The notes: generated by a model from the sequence alone, not told the origin. Shown: positions 51,266-61,620, numbered from the stretch's first letter. The stretch is DNA of 64,000 nt from Clostridia bacterium (GCA_030625885.1 DAOUPZ010000010.1:29812-93811); one strand, 5' to 3'. Numbers and translations: made by a program.

Positions 51266-52330
51266 TTGAGAGAGAAAAAGATAGCTTTAAAAGGTTTGTT
51301 GTTCAGTGAAATGCAGCATTTCGTAAAAGATATAGGGGAACCAAAGTTTCGTGCTCAGCAATTAATGGATTGGATATATAAAAAGAATGCAGTTGATTTT
51401 GAGGAGATGACTAATCTTTCCAAAACATTGCGGGAAAAATTAAATAAGTGTGCAACAATTAATGATTTACAGAATAAAAATTGTTCTGTTTCAAAAATTG
51501 ATGGAACCATGAAGTTTTTATTTGCTTTAGAAGATCATCATACGATTGAAAGTGTGATCATGTTTCATCCTGACCGAGTGTCCGCAAAGCGGGTTACAGC
51601 CTGTATATCAACCCAAGTAGGGTGTGCTATGGGATGTTCATTTTGTGCGACGGGGAAAAGTGGTTTAGTGCGCAATTTAACATCATCTGAAATTGTGAAT
51701 CAAGTGGCTACTTTAAATCATGTGCTGGCTGCTAGTAATGAAGGTCCTATTAATAATGTTGTTATTATGGGAATGGGAGAGCCGCTGGCAAATTACGAAT
51801 CAACATTAAAAGCGATCCATATTTTTAATATGAAAGAGGGCTTTCAAGTTGGAGCACGGCATATCACTTTATCCACCTGTGGTTTAGTGCCCCAAATTTT
51901 AAGGTTAGCAAAAGAGGAATTACAAATTGTTTTGGCAATTTCGCTTCATGCGCCTAATGATACATTAAGAAATCAGCTGATACCGATTAATCGTAAGTAT
52001 CCCTTGGCACAATTAATAGATGCTTGTCAGCAATATATCCATGATACTGGAAGGCGAATCACTTTTGAGTACAGCTTGATGAGTGGTGTGAACGATACAT
52101 CTCATGATGCCAAGGAATTAGCTGCGTTATTAAAAGGATTGTTATGTCATGTTAATTTAATACCCATAAATCCCGTGGAAGACACCAATTATAAACGAGC
52201 AACGGAAGTTCACATTGCAAAATTCAAAGAAATTCTTGAAGAGAAAGGAATTCCGGTGTCTCGTAGAGAAGAAAAAGGAGCAGATATTGAAGCTGCCTGT
52301 GGGCAACTACGTCGACGTCAAATGACGTAG
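51266..52330 (+). CDS. rlmN: 23S rRNA/tRNA m2A methyltransferase, radical SAM (TTG start).
   Basis: GCAMGCSFCATG cluster motif. Confidence 0.9.
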   Translation: MREKKIALKGLLFSEMQHFVKDIGEPKFRAQQLMDWIYKKNAVDFEEMTNLSKTLREKLNKCATINDLQNKNCSVSKIDGTMKFLFALEDHHTIESVIMFHPDRVSAKRVTACISTQVGCAMGCSFCATGKSGLVRNLTSSEIVNQVATLNHVLAASNEGPINNVVIMGMGEPLANYESTLKAIHIFNMKEGFQVGARHITLSTCGLVPQILRLAKEELQIVLAISLHAPNDTLRNQLIPINRKYPLAQLIDACQQYIHDTGRRITFEYSLMSGVNDTSHDAKELAALLKGLLCHVNLIPINPVEDTNYKRATEVHIAKFKEILEEKGIPVSRREEKGADIEAACGQLRRRQMT

Positions 52331-52346
52331 GTTGGGAGGTAAAGAA

Positions 52347-53072
52347 ATGGAAATGGGTATTTGTTCTCATGTAGGATGTGTCCGCGAAATGAATCAGGAC
52401 AGTTTTGGCTATTCATTACAAGCGCCAATCTTTATTGCTGTTGCTGATGGAATGGGAGGACACAAGGCAGGAGAGGTAGCTAGCGCACTGGCTATTCGAA
52501 CGACAGAGGAAAAGGTTTCTAAAACCAGTCATCTCGATATACGAGATATCTTTAACAGCGCGAACGAAAAAATTATCAACCATGCCAACCTACATGATAA
52601 AATATGTTCAGGAATGGGAACAACCTTGAGTTTAGGGGTTTTGAGGCGAGAACGACTATACATAGGTCATATTGGGGATAGTCGTATCTATCTTATTCGT
52701 GATGGTGACATTAAGCTTTTGACCAAAGACCATTCATTGGTTGCTGAGTTAGTGGAAAAAGGAGAAATTAAGCCGGAACAAGCCGAAAGTCATCCTCAGC
52801 GACATATTATCACGCGGGCGTTAGGGATCGATGAGCAAGTCTTACTGGACGAAAGCGAGGCGATGATATTAGTGCAGGATATTCTCGTTTTTTGTACAGA
52901 TGGATTAACGAATTTGGTGAATAATCAAGAAATTAAAGAAACCTTGCTTTCTGCTGCAAATTTACAAGATGGCGCGGAATGTCTGGTTAATTTAGCGAAT
53001 CAGCGTGGCGGACATGATAACATTACGATTGTATGTGGGATGGTTGAAGCCTGTGATATTGAGAAGAGGTGA
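52347..53072 (+). CDS. PP2C-family Ser/Thr phosphatase.
   Basis: VADGMGGH, GHIGDSR, DGLTN. Confidence 0.85.
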   Translation: MEMGICSHVGCVREMNQDSFGYSLQAPIFIAVADGMGGHKAGEVASALAIRTTEEKVSKTSHLDIRDIFNSANEKIINHANLHDKICSGMGTTLSLGVLRRERLYIGHIGDSRIYLIRDGDIKLLTKDHSLVAELVEKGEIKPEQAESHPQRHIITRALGIDEQVLLDESEAMILVQDILVFCTDGLTNLVNNQEIKETLLSAANLQDGAECLVNLANQRGGHDNITIVCGMVEACDIEKR

Positions 53073-53076
53073 AATA

Positions 53077-54978
53077 ATGGTTGGAACAGTGTTGAGTGGT
53101 CGATACGAAATATTAGAGAAAGTCGGAGAAGGTGGCATGTCTGTTGTATATAAGGCGCGTGATCGAGTGTTAAATCGCATCGTGGCCGTTAAAATATTGC
53201 GTGAACAGTTGACCGGTGATGAAAATTTCATTCGTGCTTTTCATCGTGAAGCTCAGGCAGCTGCTAGTTTATCCCATCCTAATATTGTTAGTATTTATGA
53301 TGTGGGTCAAGATGCAGATAAACATTTTATCGTCATGGAGCTTATTGAGGGTAAACATTTAAAGGATATTATTCGTCAAGAAGCCCCCTTTCCGATAAAG
53401 CAGTCTTTAATAATCACACGTCAAATATGTGATGCTTTAAGCCATGCTCATCAAAAGAACATCATTCATTGTGACATTAAACCCCACAATATTTTGATTA
53501 ATGAAGATGGGCGAGTGAAAGTAGCGGATTTTGGTATTGCAAGGGCAGTTAATTCTGTTACGATGAATCTTTCTGATGGGATTATGGGTTCGGTACTTTA
53601 CTTTTCACCGGAACAAGCCCAACAGGAAACATTGAATCGGACATCTGATATTTACTCCCTTGGTATTGTCTTATATGAAATGCTGATGGGAAATGTTCCG
53701 TTTTCCGGGGAAAATCCTATTGCCATAGCGCTTAAGCACGTGCGGGAAGATATTCCTATTACGGATGAAATGGCAAATCGGTGGCCTAAAGAATTGATTA
53801 ACATATTACATAGAGCATTGGAAAAAAACCCTGATGATCGTTATCAATCTGCACAACAAATGGCACGGGATGTCAGTACTTGTCTGGATAAAATTGCGCG
53901 GAATCCTAAATGGGATGATGAAGCAAACCAAACAGCTGTTTTTGCGGGGTTAAATCCTAATGAAACGGAAGAAGAGGAATTAGCGTTACGGCGTCATCGG
54001 AGGGAAAAATCAGTGAAAAAAACAGGTTCTCGTAAACATAAAATCGGTATTGCCGCAATTCTTTTAATAGCAATGTCCTTAGGCATATTTATTGGATTAT
54101 GGAAATTTGCTCCAGCACAGAGTGTTGAAATGCCAAAGTTAATCGGAGAAACCGTTAAGGATGCACAAGGAACATTGGAGGATATTGGATTAGAAGTGAA
54201 CGACATCAAAGAAAAAGAAGATCAAGATTTTCCACCAGGTGTTATTGTTGATCAAGAACCCTCAGAAGGGACAAAGATTGGCAAAGGAAAGGGTGTTACG
54301 CTCTTTGTGAATAAAAGTGATGGTGGTTTAGTCCAAGTACCTAGCGTCGTTGGAAAAACGTTAGAAGATGCAGAACGTTTGTTAGAAGAGGCAGGATTCC
54401 AGATTGGAAATGAGACAAATGCCTATTCGGAAGATATTCCTGAAGATGAAGTGATGGCACAAAATCCTCGTGGCAGGACACAAGTAGGGTATGGGGAAAA
54501 GATTGATTTAGTGATTAGCATGGGCAAAGAAATTGAAACCGTTGTTGTTCCGGATTTTACAGATCAAACAGTAGAACAGGCAAAACAACGTTTGGCGTCA
54601 TTAAATTTAGAACTAGGTAAAGTAGAAGAACAGGAAAACGATCATGTGAATTCCGGACTTATATTCAAACAGCGTCCTGGTAAAGAGATGATCGTAGAAG
54701 CGGGTTCAACAGTTGATTTTGTTGTTTCTGCTGATCGTGAGCAGGAGCAGGAGAATAGAGTACGGACATATACAGTGAAATATAAACTTCCTGAAAGTGC
54801 AGTAGAATCGAAAGTGGATATCATTCTTAAAGATTTAAGAGGAACACGTACGGTATATACGGGAAGTCATAGTCCCGGTGATGTTCTTGAAGAAACCATA
54901 AAATGGGAAGGACAACAGGCTTTAGTTCAAGTTTTAGTCAATGGCAGTGTAGTGGCGGAAGAAATTATTACGCCTTAG
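53077..54978 (+). CDS. prkC: Ser/Thr protein kinase with PASTA repeats.
   Basis: GEGGMSVVYKA, HCDIKPHN, DFG, TM segment, three PASTA-like repeats. Confidence 0.9.
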   Translation: MVGTVLSGRYEILEKVGEGGMSVVYKARDRVLNRIVAVKILREQLTGDENFIRAFHREAQAAASLSHPNIVSIYDVGQDADKHFIVMELIEGKHLKDIIRQEAPFPIKQSLIITRQICDALSHAHQKNIIHCDIKPHNILINEDGRVKVADFGIARAVNSVTMNLSDGIMGSVLYFSPEQAQQETLNRTSDIYSLGIVLYEMLMGNVPFSGENPIAIALKHVREDIPITDEMANRWPKELINILHRALEKNPDDRYQSAQQMARDVSTCLDKIARNPKWDDEANQTAVFAGLNPNETEEEELALRRHRREKSVKKTGSRKHKIGIAAILLIAMSLGIFIGLWKFAPAQSVEMPKLIGETVKDAQGTLEDIGLEVNDIKEKEDQDFPPGVIVDQEPSEGTKIGKGKGVTLFVNKSDGGLVQVPSVVGKTLEDAERLLEEAGFQIGNETNAYSEDIPEDEVMAQNPRGRTQVGYGEKIDLVISMGKEIETVVVPDFTDQTVEQAKQRLASLNLELGKVEEQENDHVNSGLIFKQRPGKEMIVEAGSTVDFVVSADREQEQENRVRTYTVKYKLPESAVESKVDIILKDLRGTRTVYTGSHSPGDVLEETIKWEGQQALVQVLVNGSVVAEEIITP

Positions 54979-54992
54979 AGAGGAATGTGACA

Positions 54993-55859
54993 ATGCAAGA
55001 AGGTAAAATCATAAAGGCATATGGTGGTTTTTATTATGTACAAACGGGGACGGACATTGTTCCATGTTTTTTGCGGAAACGCATCAAAAGGGAAGTGAAT
55101 GTTCTCGTGGGTGATGAAGTAAAAATACAAATGGCAGATCAGGAAAAAGGGGTTATTGAGGCGCTTTTACCGCGTCGGAATGAACTTCTGCGTCCTCCTG
55201 TGGCCAACGTGGATCAGATGGTGATTGTATTTGCTGCCTCAGAACCAGAACCTAACTTTATGCTATTAGATCGGTTCCTCTTTCTAGGGGAGAAGGCAGG
55301 TCTTCATATCATCATTTGTTTTAACAAGATGGATTTGGTAGATTTGCCTGATTTTCAAGCGAAGACAGCGTTATATCATAAAATAGGTTATCCAGTGCGG
55401 TACTTAAGTGCCAAAAAAGAGTTAGGGATAGATGCTTTCAAGGAAGTATTAAGCCAAAAGATTTCTGTTTTTTGCGGCCCTTCAGGTGTTGGTAAATCGG
55501 CATTATTAAATGTTGTTCAACCTGGAATGCAACTTAAGACAGGTGAACTCAGTGAAAAGATAAAGCGGGGCAAGCATACAACTCGCCATGTGGAATTGCT
55601 TCCTTTCAAACAAGGCGGATACGTTGTAGATACACCTGGTTTTAGTTATTTGACTTTTGAAGATATGAAACCAGAACAGGTTATTGATTATTTTCCTGAT
55701 TTGAAACCGTATCAAAAAAACTGTCAATATGGTGAGTGCCTACACCAACAACAAACGGGTTGTGGTGTTTATGAAGCGCTTTTAGCAGGAAACATTAGTA
55801 TAGAGCGTTACGAGCGTTACTTGGAGTTTCTAACAGAAATTAGTGGGGAGGAAAAATGA
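54993..55859 (+). CDS. rsgA: Ribosome small-subunit-dependent GTPase A.
   Basis: OB-fold N-terminus, circularly permuted GTPase (NKMD…GPSGVGKS), C-terminal Zn-finger Cys/His. Confidence 0.85.
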   Translation: MQEGKIIKAYGGFYYVQTGTDIVPCFLRKRIKREVNVLVGDEVKIQMADQEKGVIEALLPRRNELLRPPVANVDQMVIVFAASEPEPNFMLLDRFLFLGEKAGLHIIICFNKMDLVDLPDFQAKTALYHKIGYPVRYLSAKKELGIDAFKEVLSQKISVFCGPSGVGKSALLNVVQPGMQLKTGELSEKIKRGKHTTRHVELLPFKQGGYVVDTPGFSYLTFEDMKPEQVIDYFPDLKPYQKNCQYGECLHQQQTGCGVYEALLAGNISIERYERYLEFLTEISGEEK

Positions 55860-56530
55860 TGATTCAAATTGCACCATCCTTATTAGCAGCAGACTTTGGG
55901 GCTTTAGGGGAAGAAATTATACGTGCTCAAAAAGCGGGAGCAGATATGATTCATATTGATGTCATGGATGGCCATTTTGTACCTAACATTACGATAGGCC
56001 CTCCTATTATTAAAACACTTAGAAAAGTTTCGCAGCTGACTTTTGATGTTCACCTCATGATTGAAAATCCGGAAAATTATATTAAAGCTTTTGCAGAAGC
56101 AGGTAGTGATATCATTTCCGTGCATGTGGAAACGTGTCCTCATTTACATCGTGTTGTACAATTGATAAAGTCTTACGGGGTGAAAGCTGCCGTAGCGCTT
56201 AATCCTGCTACACCAGTCGTTCTTTTGGAGGATATTCTGGAAGAGATTGATATGGTTTTAATCATGTCTGTGAATCCTGGTTTTGGTGGGCAGCAGTTTA
56301 TTCCAGCTGCAACTTCTAAAATAAAGCGTCTAAAAGAGATGATTGACCAGAAAGGGTTAGATGTGGATATTCAGGTAGATGGAGGCGTAAACGAAAAGAT
56401 AGCCTCATTGGTTGCTGAAGCGGGTGCGAATATTCTGGTGGCTGGATCTGCTGTTTACGGTAAATCAGATGTCAAACAGGCGATTGAGGGAATACGAAGA
56501 AGTGCGGAAAAGGCAATTCACAATTCATAA
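55856..56530 (+). CDS. rpe: Ribulose-phosphate 3-epimerase.
   Basis: IAPSLLAADF, HIDVMDGHFVPN, VDGG. Confidence 0.9.
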   Translation: MMIQIAPSLLAADFGALGEEIIRAQKAGADMIHIDVMDGHFVPNITIGPPIIKTLRKVSQLTFDVHLMIENPENYIKAFAEAGSDIISVHVETCPHLHRVVQLIKSYGVKAAVALNPATPVVLLEDILEEIDMVLIMSVNPGFGGQQFIPAATSKIKRLKEMIDQKGLDVDIQVDGGVNEKIASLVAEAGANILVAGSAVYGKSDVKQAIEGIRRSAEKAIHNS

Positions 56531-56548
56531 TTATTAATTCATAATTAA

Positions 56549-56632
56549 AAGGCTAAAGGCTAAAGGCTAAAGGCTAAAGGCTAAAGGCTAAAGGCTAAAG
56601 GCTAAAGGCTAAAGGCTAAAGGCTAAAGGCGT
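56549..56632. repeat. Tandem heptamer array (GGCTAAA)x~12.
   Basis: Directly visible: perfect 7-nt periodicity. Confidence 0.95.
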
Positions 56633-56768
56633 AAAAGGTTGAAGGGAAAAGATAAAGGCTGAAAGTTAATGCAAAAATGGGGATATTCCGTGAGGTACGA
56701 GCGGTGTGTCCCCACTTTTTGCATATGGAGTAGATAAAAGAATTGCTAACTCCTTTTTACAAATGTCT

Positions 56769-56797
56769 TGACTTTTGTAAAAATATCGGTAATACTA
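56769..56797 (+). promoter_or_regulatory. Putative promoter of the FMN riboswitch and rib operon.
   Basis: TTGACT, 17-nt spacer, AATACT. Confidence 0.4.
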
Positions 56798-56815
56798 TTG
56801 ATAGACAATTAAATA

Positions 56816-56935
56816 ATATGTCTCTTCGGGGTGGGTGCAAGTCCCAACCGGCGGTTAAAGCCCGCGAGCCACATCATGTGGTTGATTCAGTGTAATTCTG
56901 AAGCCGACAGTTAAAGTCTGGATGGGAGAAGAGGA
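56816..56935 (+). ncRNA. FMN riboswitch (RFN element).
   Basis: TCTCTTCGGGGTGGGTGCAAGTCCCAACCGGCGGT…AGCCCGCGAGC…GGTTGATTCAGTGTAATTCTGAAGCCGACAGT.AAAGTCTGGATGGGAGAAGAGG matches the RFN consensus. Confidence 0.9.
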
Positions 56936-56963
56936 TTTAGAATAATTTTGTAGTGATATGTAT

Positions 56964-56996
56964 ACCCTGAGGATAAGAATAGCCTCAGGGTTTTTT
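56964..56996 (+). terminator. FMN riboswitch terminator.
   Basis: CCCTGAGGATAAGAATAGCCTCAGGG followed by TTTTTT. Confidence 0.75.
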
Positions 56997-57039
56997 ATTT
57001 GTATGAAAATGAGAATTTTAGCAAGAAATATAAACAAAT

Positions 57040-57510
57040 CGTTCGCTGACAAAGTTTTTTGAGTGGTTCTAACAGCTTGTTACGCCAAAAATCCTAAATT
57101 TTTGATTCAAAAATTTTTAACGGATTTCCGGCGTCCCTTCGCTGAGAACCACATACAAAAAACTTTGAATGCTTACTCATTTGTTTATATTTCTTAGGTT
57201 TTTAATTATGAATTATGAATTGAAAGCTTGTGCTTAGACAAGGTTATGCTTCCAGATAATTTCTGAAGCTAAAGAATGTTGTACAAGGAGACAACTTGCT
57301 TACTGTAGATCATTTGCAGAAGATCGTAAGGTGTTAGGTCACCGACGCCATAAATTGTCTTTCAGCATAACCATGTCTAAAACGGTAATCTTTTTCTACC
57401 GGCTGGTTGCTATCTGCCAAAAAGCTTTGAATGCTCACGCATTTGTTTATATTTCTTAGACTTTTAATCTTTTAATTATGAATTATGAATTATGAATTAT
57501 GAATTGAAGG
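57040..57510. repeat. Repeat-rich spacer: an internal ~65-nt duplication (AAAGCTTTGAATGCT.AC.CATTTGTTTATATTTCTTAG…AATTATGAATTATGAATTG), a copy of the dispersed family, and a (GAATTAT)n heptamer run.
   Basis: 57159-57225 aligns with 57421-57510. 57230-57440 aligns with 38330-38470. Confidence 0.7.
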
Positions 57511-57513
57511 ACG

Positions 57514-58623
57514 GTGGTGAAAGCAGTGAATCATGAACAATATATGGAAATGGCTTTGGGTTTAGCACAAAAAGCGTTGGGAAGAACCAGTCCCAACCCA
57601 ATTGTGGGTGCCTTAATCGTTAAGGATGGGAAAGTAATTGGGCGTGGCTATCATCAGAAAGCGGGAACACCCCATGCGGAGATTCATGCACTGAAGGAAG
57701 CGGGTGAAGCGGCAAGAGGAGCAATAATGTATGTTACACTGGAACCCTGTTCGCATTATGGTAGAACGCCCCCTTGTGTAGATGCAATCATTAAAGCAGG
57801 TCTTTCTGAAGTGATTATTGCGATGGAAGATCCCAATCCATTAGTTGCGGGAAAGGGAATTGAGATGCTTAAGGTGGCAGGAATTAGAACGGTTACCGGT
57901 ATTTTAGAAGAAAAGGCAAGACGAAGTAACGAAGTTTTTTATATGTATATGACGACTGGAAAACCATTTGTGGCGCTGAAAACGGCCATGACCTTGGATG
58001 GGAAAATTGCCACACCGCAAGGTGACTCTAAATGGATTACTGGAGAGGTGGCACGCCAGGCTGTGCATCAATTGCGTAATAGGTATGACGCTGTTATGGT
58101 AGGGCTGGGTACGGTGATAAAAGATGATCCGCAATTGACCACCCGTTTAGATACTCAGTCAGGGCGGGATGCCCATCGAATTATTGTTGATTCTCGGGGA
58201 GAAATACCATTGGAATCACGTGTTTTATCTTTAAATTCGGCTGCGGATACCCTTATTGCGGTGACACATTTGGCTTCAGGTGATAAACTTCGGTTAATCC
58301 AAGAAAAGGGAGCCAAAGTACTGAACTGTCCTGTTTGTGATGGTGAAGTGGATTTGGTTTATTTGATGAATAAATTAGGAGAACAAGGTATCACCAGTAT
58401 TTTGTTAGAAGGTGGTGGTACCTTAAACGCTGCAGCTTTAAGAACCGGTATTATAGATAAAGTGTATGCTTTTATTGCACCTAAGATTCTAGGCGGGGTT
58501 GATTCGTTAACCCCGGTAGAAGGCGTAGGAATGGAATGGGTCAAAGATGCGATTAGCATTACTGATACGCAGGTAACGCGATATGGAGAGGATGTTTTGA
58601 TAGAAGGATATGTAAACAGTTGA
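57514..58623 (+). CDS. ribD: Bifunctional riboflavin biosynthesis deaminase/reductase (GTG start; alternatives 57526 and 57544).
   Basis: HAEIHAL…PCSHYGRTPPC deaminase zinc site. C-terminal reductase domain. Confidence 0.9.
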   Translation: MVKAVNHEQYMEMALGLAQKALGRTSPNPIVGALIVKDGKVIGRGYHQKAGTPHAEIHALKEAGEAARGAIMYVTLEPCSHYGRTPPCVDAIIKAGLSEVIIAMEDPNPLVAGKGIEMLKVAGIRTVTGILEEKARRSNEVFYMYMTTGKPFVALKTAMTLDGKIATPQGDSKWITGEVARQAVHQLRNRYDAVMVGLGTVIKDDPQLTTRLDTQSGRDAHRIIVDSRGEIPLESRVLSLNSAADTLIAVTHLASGDKLRLIQEKGAKVLNCPVCDGEVDLVYLMNKLGEQGITSILLEGGGTLNAAALRTGIIDKVYAFIAPKILGGVDSLTPVEGVGMEWVKDAISITDTQVTRYGEDVLIEGYVNS

Positions 58624-58767
58624 AAGTTTACAGTGGACAGTTGACAGTTAAAAGAAGGAGTGAAGAAAAGGAGTTAGCAGTTAGGTCTTAGCAGTTAGGA
58701 AAAGATAAAAGATAGAGTGAAGAGGAACGAGATAATAAAAGATAGAGGGAAAAGGGGGAAGGGAAGG

Positions 58768-59421
58768 GTGTTCACAGGCATTGTAGAAGAAATTGGTACG
58801 GTTCAAGAGATACAGTGGGGGGCTAATTCTTGTCGGTTAACGATTATAGCTCAGGTTGTTTTAAAAGATGTAAAAGTAGGCGATAGTATTGCTGTTAATG
58901 GTATTTGCCTAACCGTAACAACTTTTTCAGCCACTTCATTTACAGTAGATGTGATGCCAGAGACACTCCGTAAAACCAGCCTGCATCATTTACGGAGTGG
59001 AGGAAGGGTAAATTTAGAGCGGGCACTACAGGTAGGGGGTCGTTTGGGCGGGCATTTTGTCAGCGGGCATATTGACGGGGTAGGGGAAATAATGGCTTTA
59101 ACCCAGGAGGATAATGCACTTCTTATTACCATAGATGCGCCGCTTCAGGTGATGCGATATATTCTTCCTAAAGGTTCTGTAGCCATTGATGGAACCAGCC
59201 TCACTGTTGTCTCTTGTAGGGATCAATCTTTTGTGATTTCTTTGATTCCCCATACCCGCAGTGTAACCATACTAGGTGCAAAACGTGTGGGAGAATCGGT
59301 TAATTTGGAAGGCGATATGATTGGTAAATATGTTGAGAAGTTGCTTCATTCTAAGCAAGAAGATAGTGTAGAACCTAGTGGTTTAAGTATGGAGAAACTA
59401 GTAGATAGTGGATTCCTATAA
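58768..59421 (+). CDS. ribE: Riboflavin synthase (alpha subunit; GTG start).
   Basis: VFTGIVEEIGTV N-terminus and internal repeat GHIDGVGEI. Confidence 0.85.
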   Translation: MFTGIVEEIGTVQEIQWGANSCRLTIIAQVVLKDVKVGDSIAVNGICLTVTTFSATSFTVDVMPETLRKTSLHHLRSGGRVNLERALQVGGRLGGHFVSGHIDGVGEIMALTQEDNALLITIDAPLQVMRYILPKGSVAIDGTSLTVVSCRDQSFVISLIPHTRSVTILGAKRVGESVNLEGDMIGKYVEKLLHSKQEDSVEPSGLSMEKLVDSGFL

Positions 59422-59424
59422 GGG

Positions 59425-59520
59425 CAGTTGACAGTTGACAATGGACAGTTGACAGTTAAAAAGATAAAAGATCAAATAAGGTAAGTAGTAAGTAGTAAGT
59501 AGTAAGTAGTAAGTAGTAAC
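59425..59520. repeat. Heptamer tandem repeats: (CAGTTGA/GACAGTT)n and (GTAAGTA)x5.
   Basis: Directly visible 7-nt periodicity. Confidence 0.9.
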
Positions 59521-59575
59521 CGTAGGGCATGTACCACTTACTACTTACCCTATTATAATAAAAGGAGATGAGCAT

Positions 59576-60781
59576 ATGGGTCAATTTAACACCATTCCTG
59601 AAGCCTTGGAGGATATTAAGGCGGGGAAGATGATTATCGTTGTAGATGATGAAAATCGAGAAAATGAAGGCGATTTAGTGATGGCTGCAGAAAAGGTTAC
59701 GCCTGAAGCAATTAATTTTATGACAAAGGCTGGGAGAGGGTTGATTTGTGTACCGCTTATTGAAGAAAGACTTGAAGCTTTAATGCTGCCGCAGATGGTA
59801 AGTCAAAATTCAGACAGTCACGAAACGGCTTTTACGGTTTCGGTGGATGCAAAATATAAAACGACAACGGGGATTTCGGCTCCGGAGAGAGCCGTAACCA
59901 TTCAAACGTTAATCGATCCGTCAACTCAGCCTGATGAATTAGCTCGGCCTGGGCATATTTTTCCACTACGCGCTAAAGAGGGTGGTGTTTTGCAGCGGTC
60001 AGGCCATACGGAAGCAGCTGTTGATTTAGCAAAATTAGCAGGTTTTTATCCCGGAGGGGTTATTTGTGAAATAATGAATGAGGATGGGACAATGTCCCGT
60101 GTACCACAATTGTTTGAAGCCGCCAAAAAATATGGTTTAAAAATGATTACAATTGCAGATTTAATAGCTTATCGAATGCTTAATGAAAAGTTGATCAAAC
60201 GTGTATCGGAGGCAAATTTGCCAACCAAATATGGTGTGTTTAAAGTGATTGCTTATGAAAATAAGTTGGACAAACATGAGCATATTGCTTTGGTCAAAGG
60301 TGATATTGATACTGCAGATAAAGCTTTAGTCCGGGTTCACTCAGAATGCTTAACTGGAGATGTATTTGGTTCTTTAAGATGTGATTGTGGTGATCAATTA
60401 GCAAGTGCGTTACGGCAAATAGAAGAAAACGGTACGGGTGTTTTGTTGTATATGCGGCAGGAGGGAAGAGGAATTGGTCTTGCCAATAAGATAAAGGCGT
60501 ATGCCTTGCAGGATCAAGGTAAAGATACGGTGGAAGCAAATATCCTGCTAGGATTTCCCGATGATTTACGAAATTATGGCATTGGTGCACAAATTTTGGT
60601 GGATTTAGGGATAAAGAAAATGAGTCTAATGACTAATAATCCTAAAAAAATGATTGGTCTAGAGGGATATGGATTAGAAATAACGGAACGCGTACAGATT
60701 GAAATAGAGCCTAATGAAATTAACAAAACCTATTTGCAGACAAAGAAAGAGAAGATGGGACACTTGCTCCATAAAGCATAA
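59576..60781 (+). CDS. ribBA: Bifunctional 3,4-dihydroxy-2-butanone-4-phosphate synthase / GTP cyclohydrolase II.
   Basis: [11 protein letters not shown] (DHBP synthase). CxCGxxxxxC zinc site ([15 protein letters not shown]), RQEGRGIG. Confidence 0.9.
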   Translation: MGQFNTIPEALEDIKAGKMIIVVDDENRENEGDLVMAAEKVTPEAINFMTKAGRGLICVPLIEERLEALMLPQMVSQNSDSHETAFTVSVDAKYKTTTGISAPERAVTIQTLIDPSTQPDELARPGHIFPLRAKEGGVLQRSGHTEAAVDLAKLAGFYPGGVICEIMNEDGTMSRVPQLFEAAKKYGLKMITIADLIAYRMLNEKLIKRVSEANLPTKYGVFKVIAYENKLDKHEHIALVKGDIDTADKALVRVHSECLTGDVFGSLRCDCGDQLASALRQIEENGTGVLLYMRQEGRGIGLANKIKAYALQDQGKDTVEANILLGFPDDLRNYGIGAQILVDLGIKKMSLMTNNPKKMIGLEGYGLEITERVQIEIEPNEINKTYLQTKKEKMGHLLHKA

Positions 60782-60841
60782 AGGGTATTTATGCTTTATG
60801 GGATTTAAAATTGAAAGTTGATACAACAAGGAGGCATATTG

Positions 60842-61312
60842 ATGACAAAAACATACGAAGGTCATTTGATTGGTGAAAATTTGAAATTTGGGATTGTGGT
60901 TAGCCGTTTTAACGAATTTATTACGGGTAAATTACTAGCAGGTGCTTTGGATGCATTAAAGCGTCATGGCGTAGATGAACAACATATAGAAATTGCCTGG
61001 GTACCAGGTGCATTTGAGATTCCATTAGCAGCACAAAAGATGGTAGCATTGAAAAAATATCATGCAGTGATTTGTCTTGGTGCGGTCATACGAGGTGCTA
61101 CACCCCATTTTGATTATGTATGCAGTGAAGTATCCAAAGGCGTGGCACATATTTCTCTGCAATCCGGTTTGCCAGTTATTTTTGGTGTTGTCACAACTGA
61201 TACCATTGAACAAGCGGTAGAACGTGCGGGTACAAAGGCAGGTAATAAAGGCTATGATGCTGCGTTATCAGCCATTGAAATGGCAAATTTGTTAACAGAT
61301 ATAAAAGGTTAA
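60842..61312 (+). CDS. ribH: 6,7-dimethyl-8-ribityllumazine synthase.
   Basis: [37 protein letters not shown] before ATG 60842. Confidence 0.9.
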   Translation: MTKTYEGHLIGENLKFGIVVSRFNEFITGKLLAGALDALKRHGVDEQHIEIAWVPGAFEIPLAAQKMVALKKYHAVICLGAVIRGATPHFDYVCSEVSKGVAHISLQSGLPVIFGVVTTDTIEQAVERAGTKAGNKGYDAALSAIEMANLLTDIKG

Positions 61313-61379
61313 TTTATTTAACAAGGCATCTTAATCTCTTTATGATTAAGATGCCTTGTTTTTGTAATACTAGGAGTAA

Positions 61380-61620
61380 AGAGATGCAGGTAGCGAACAG
61401 CAGGTAGCAGGTAGGTTTAATTTGATGTTCTCTACTTTTTTAATAGTGTTTGTTACTAGACCATTAATAGGTTATAAAAGCTTTTTTAATAATCTATAAC
61501 TTGTATTTAAAAAGTAAAAATCCACAAAACTTTTTAGCCCTAACCAACATTTATTGCAAATCCTAAAATGATCTAATTTAGTCCTACCTGCTGGTTGCTA
61601 CCTGCTACCTGCAAAAATAG
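61380..61620. repeat. Intergenic repeats: GCAGGTA/CTACCTG heptamer runs in inverted orientation, ~200 nt apart.
   Basis: 61385-61415 GCAGGTAGCGAACAGCAGGTAGCAGGTAGG. 61583-61612 CCTACCTGCTGGTTGCTACCTGCTACCTGC (same motif as 38441-38470). Confidence 0.7.

Noticed and set aside
56549-56632. (GGCTAAA)x12 and other periodic arrays considered as a CRISPR array
   Set aside because: Unit length is 7 nt with no unique spacers and no cas genes. They are simple tandem repeats.
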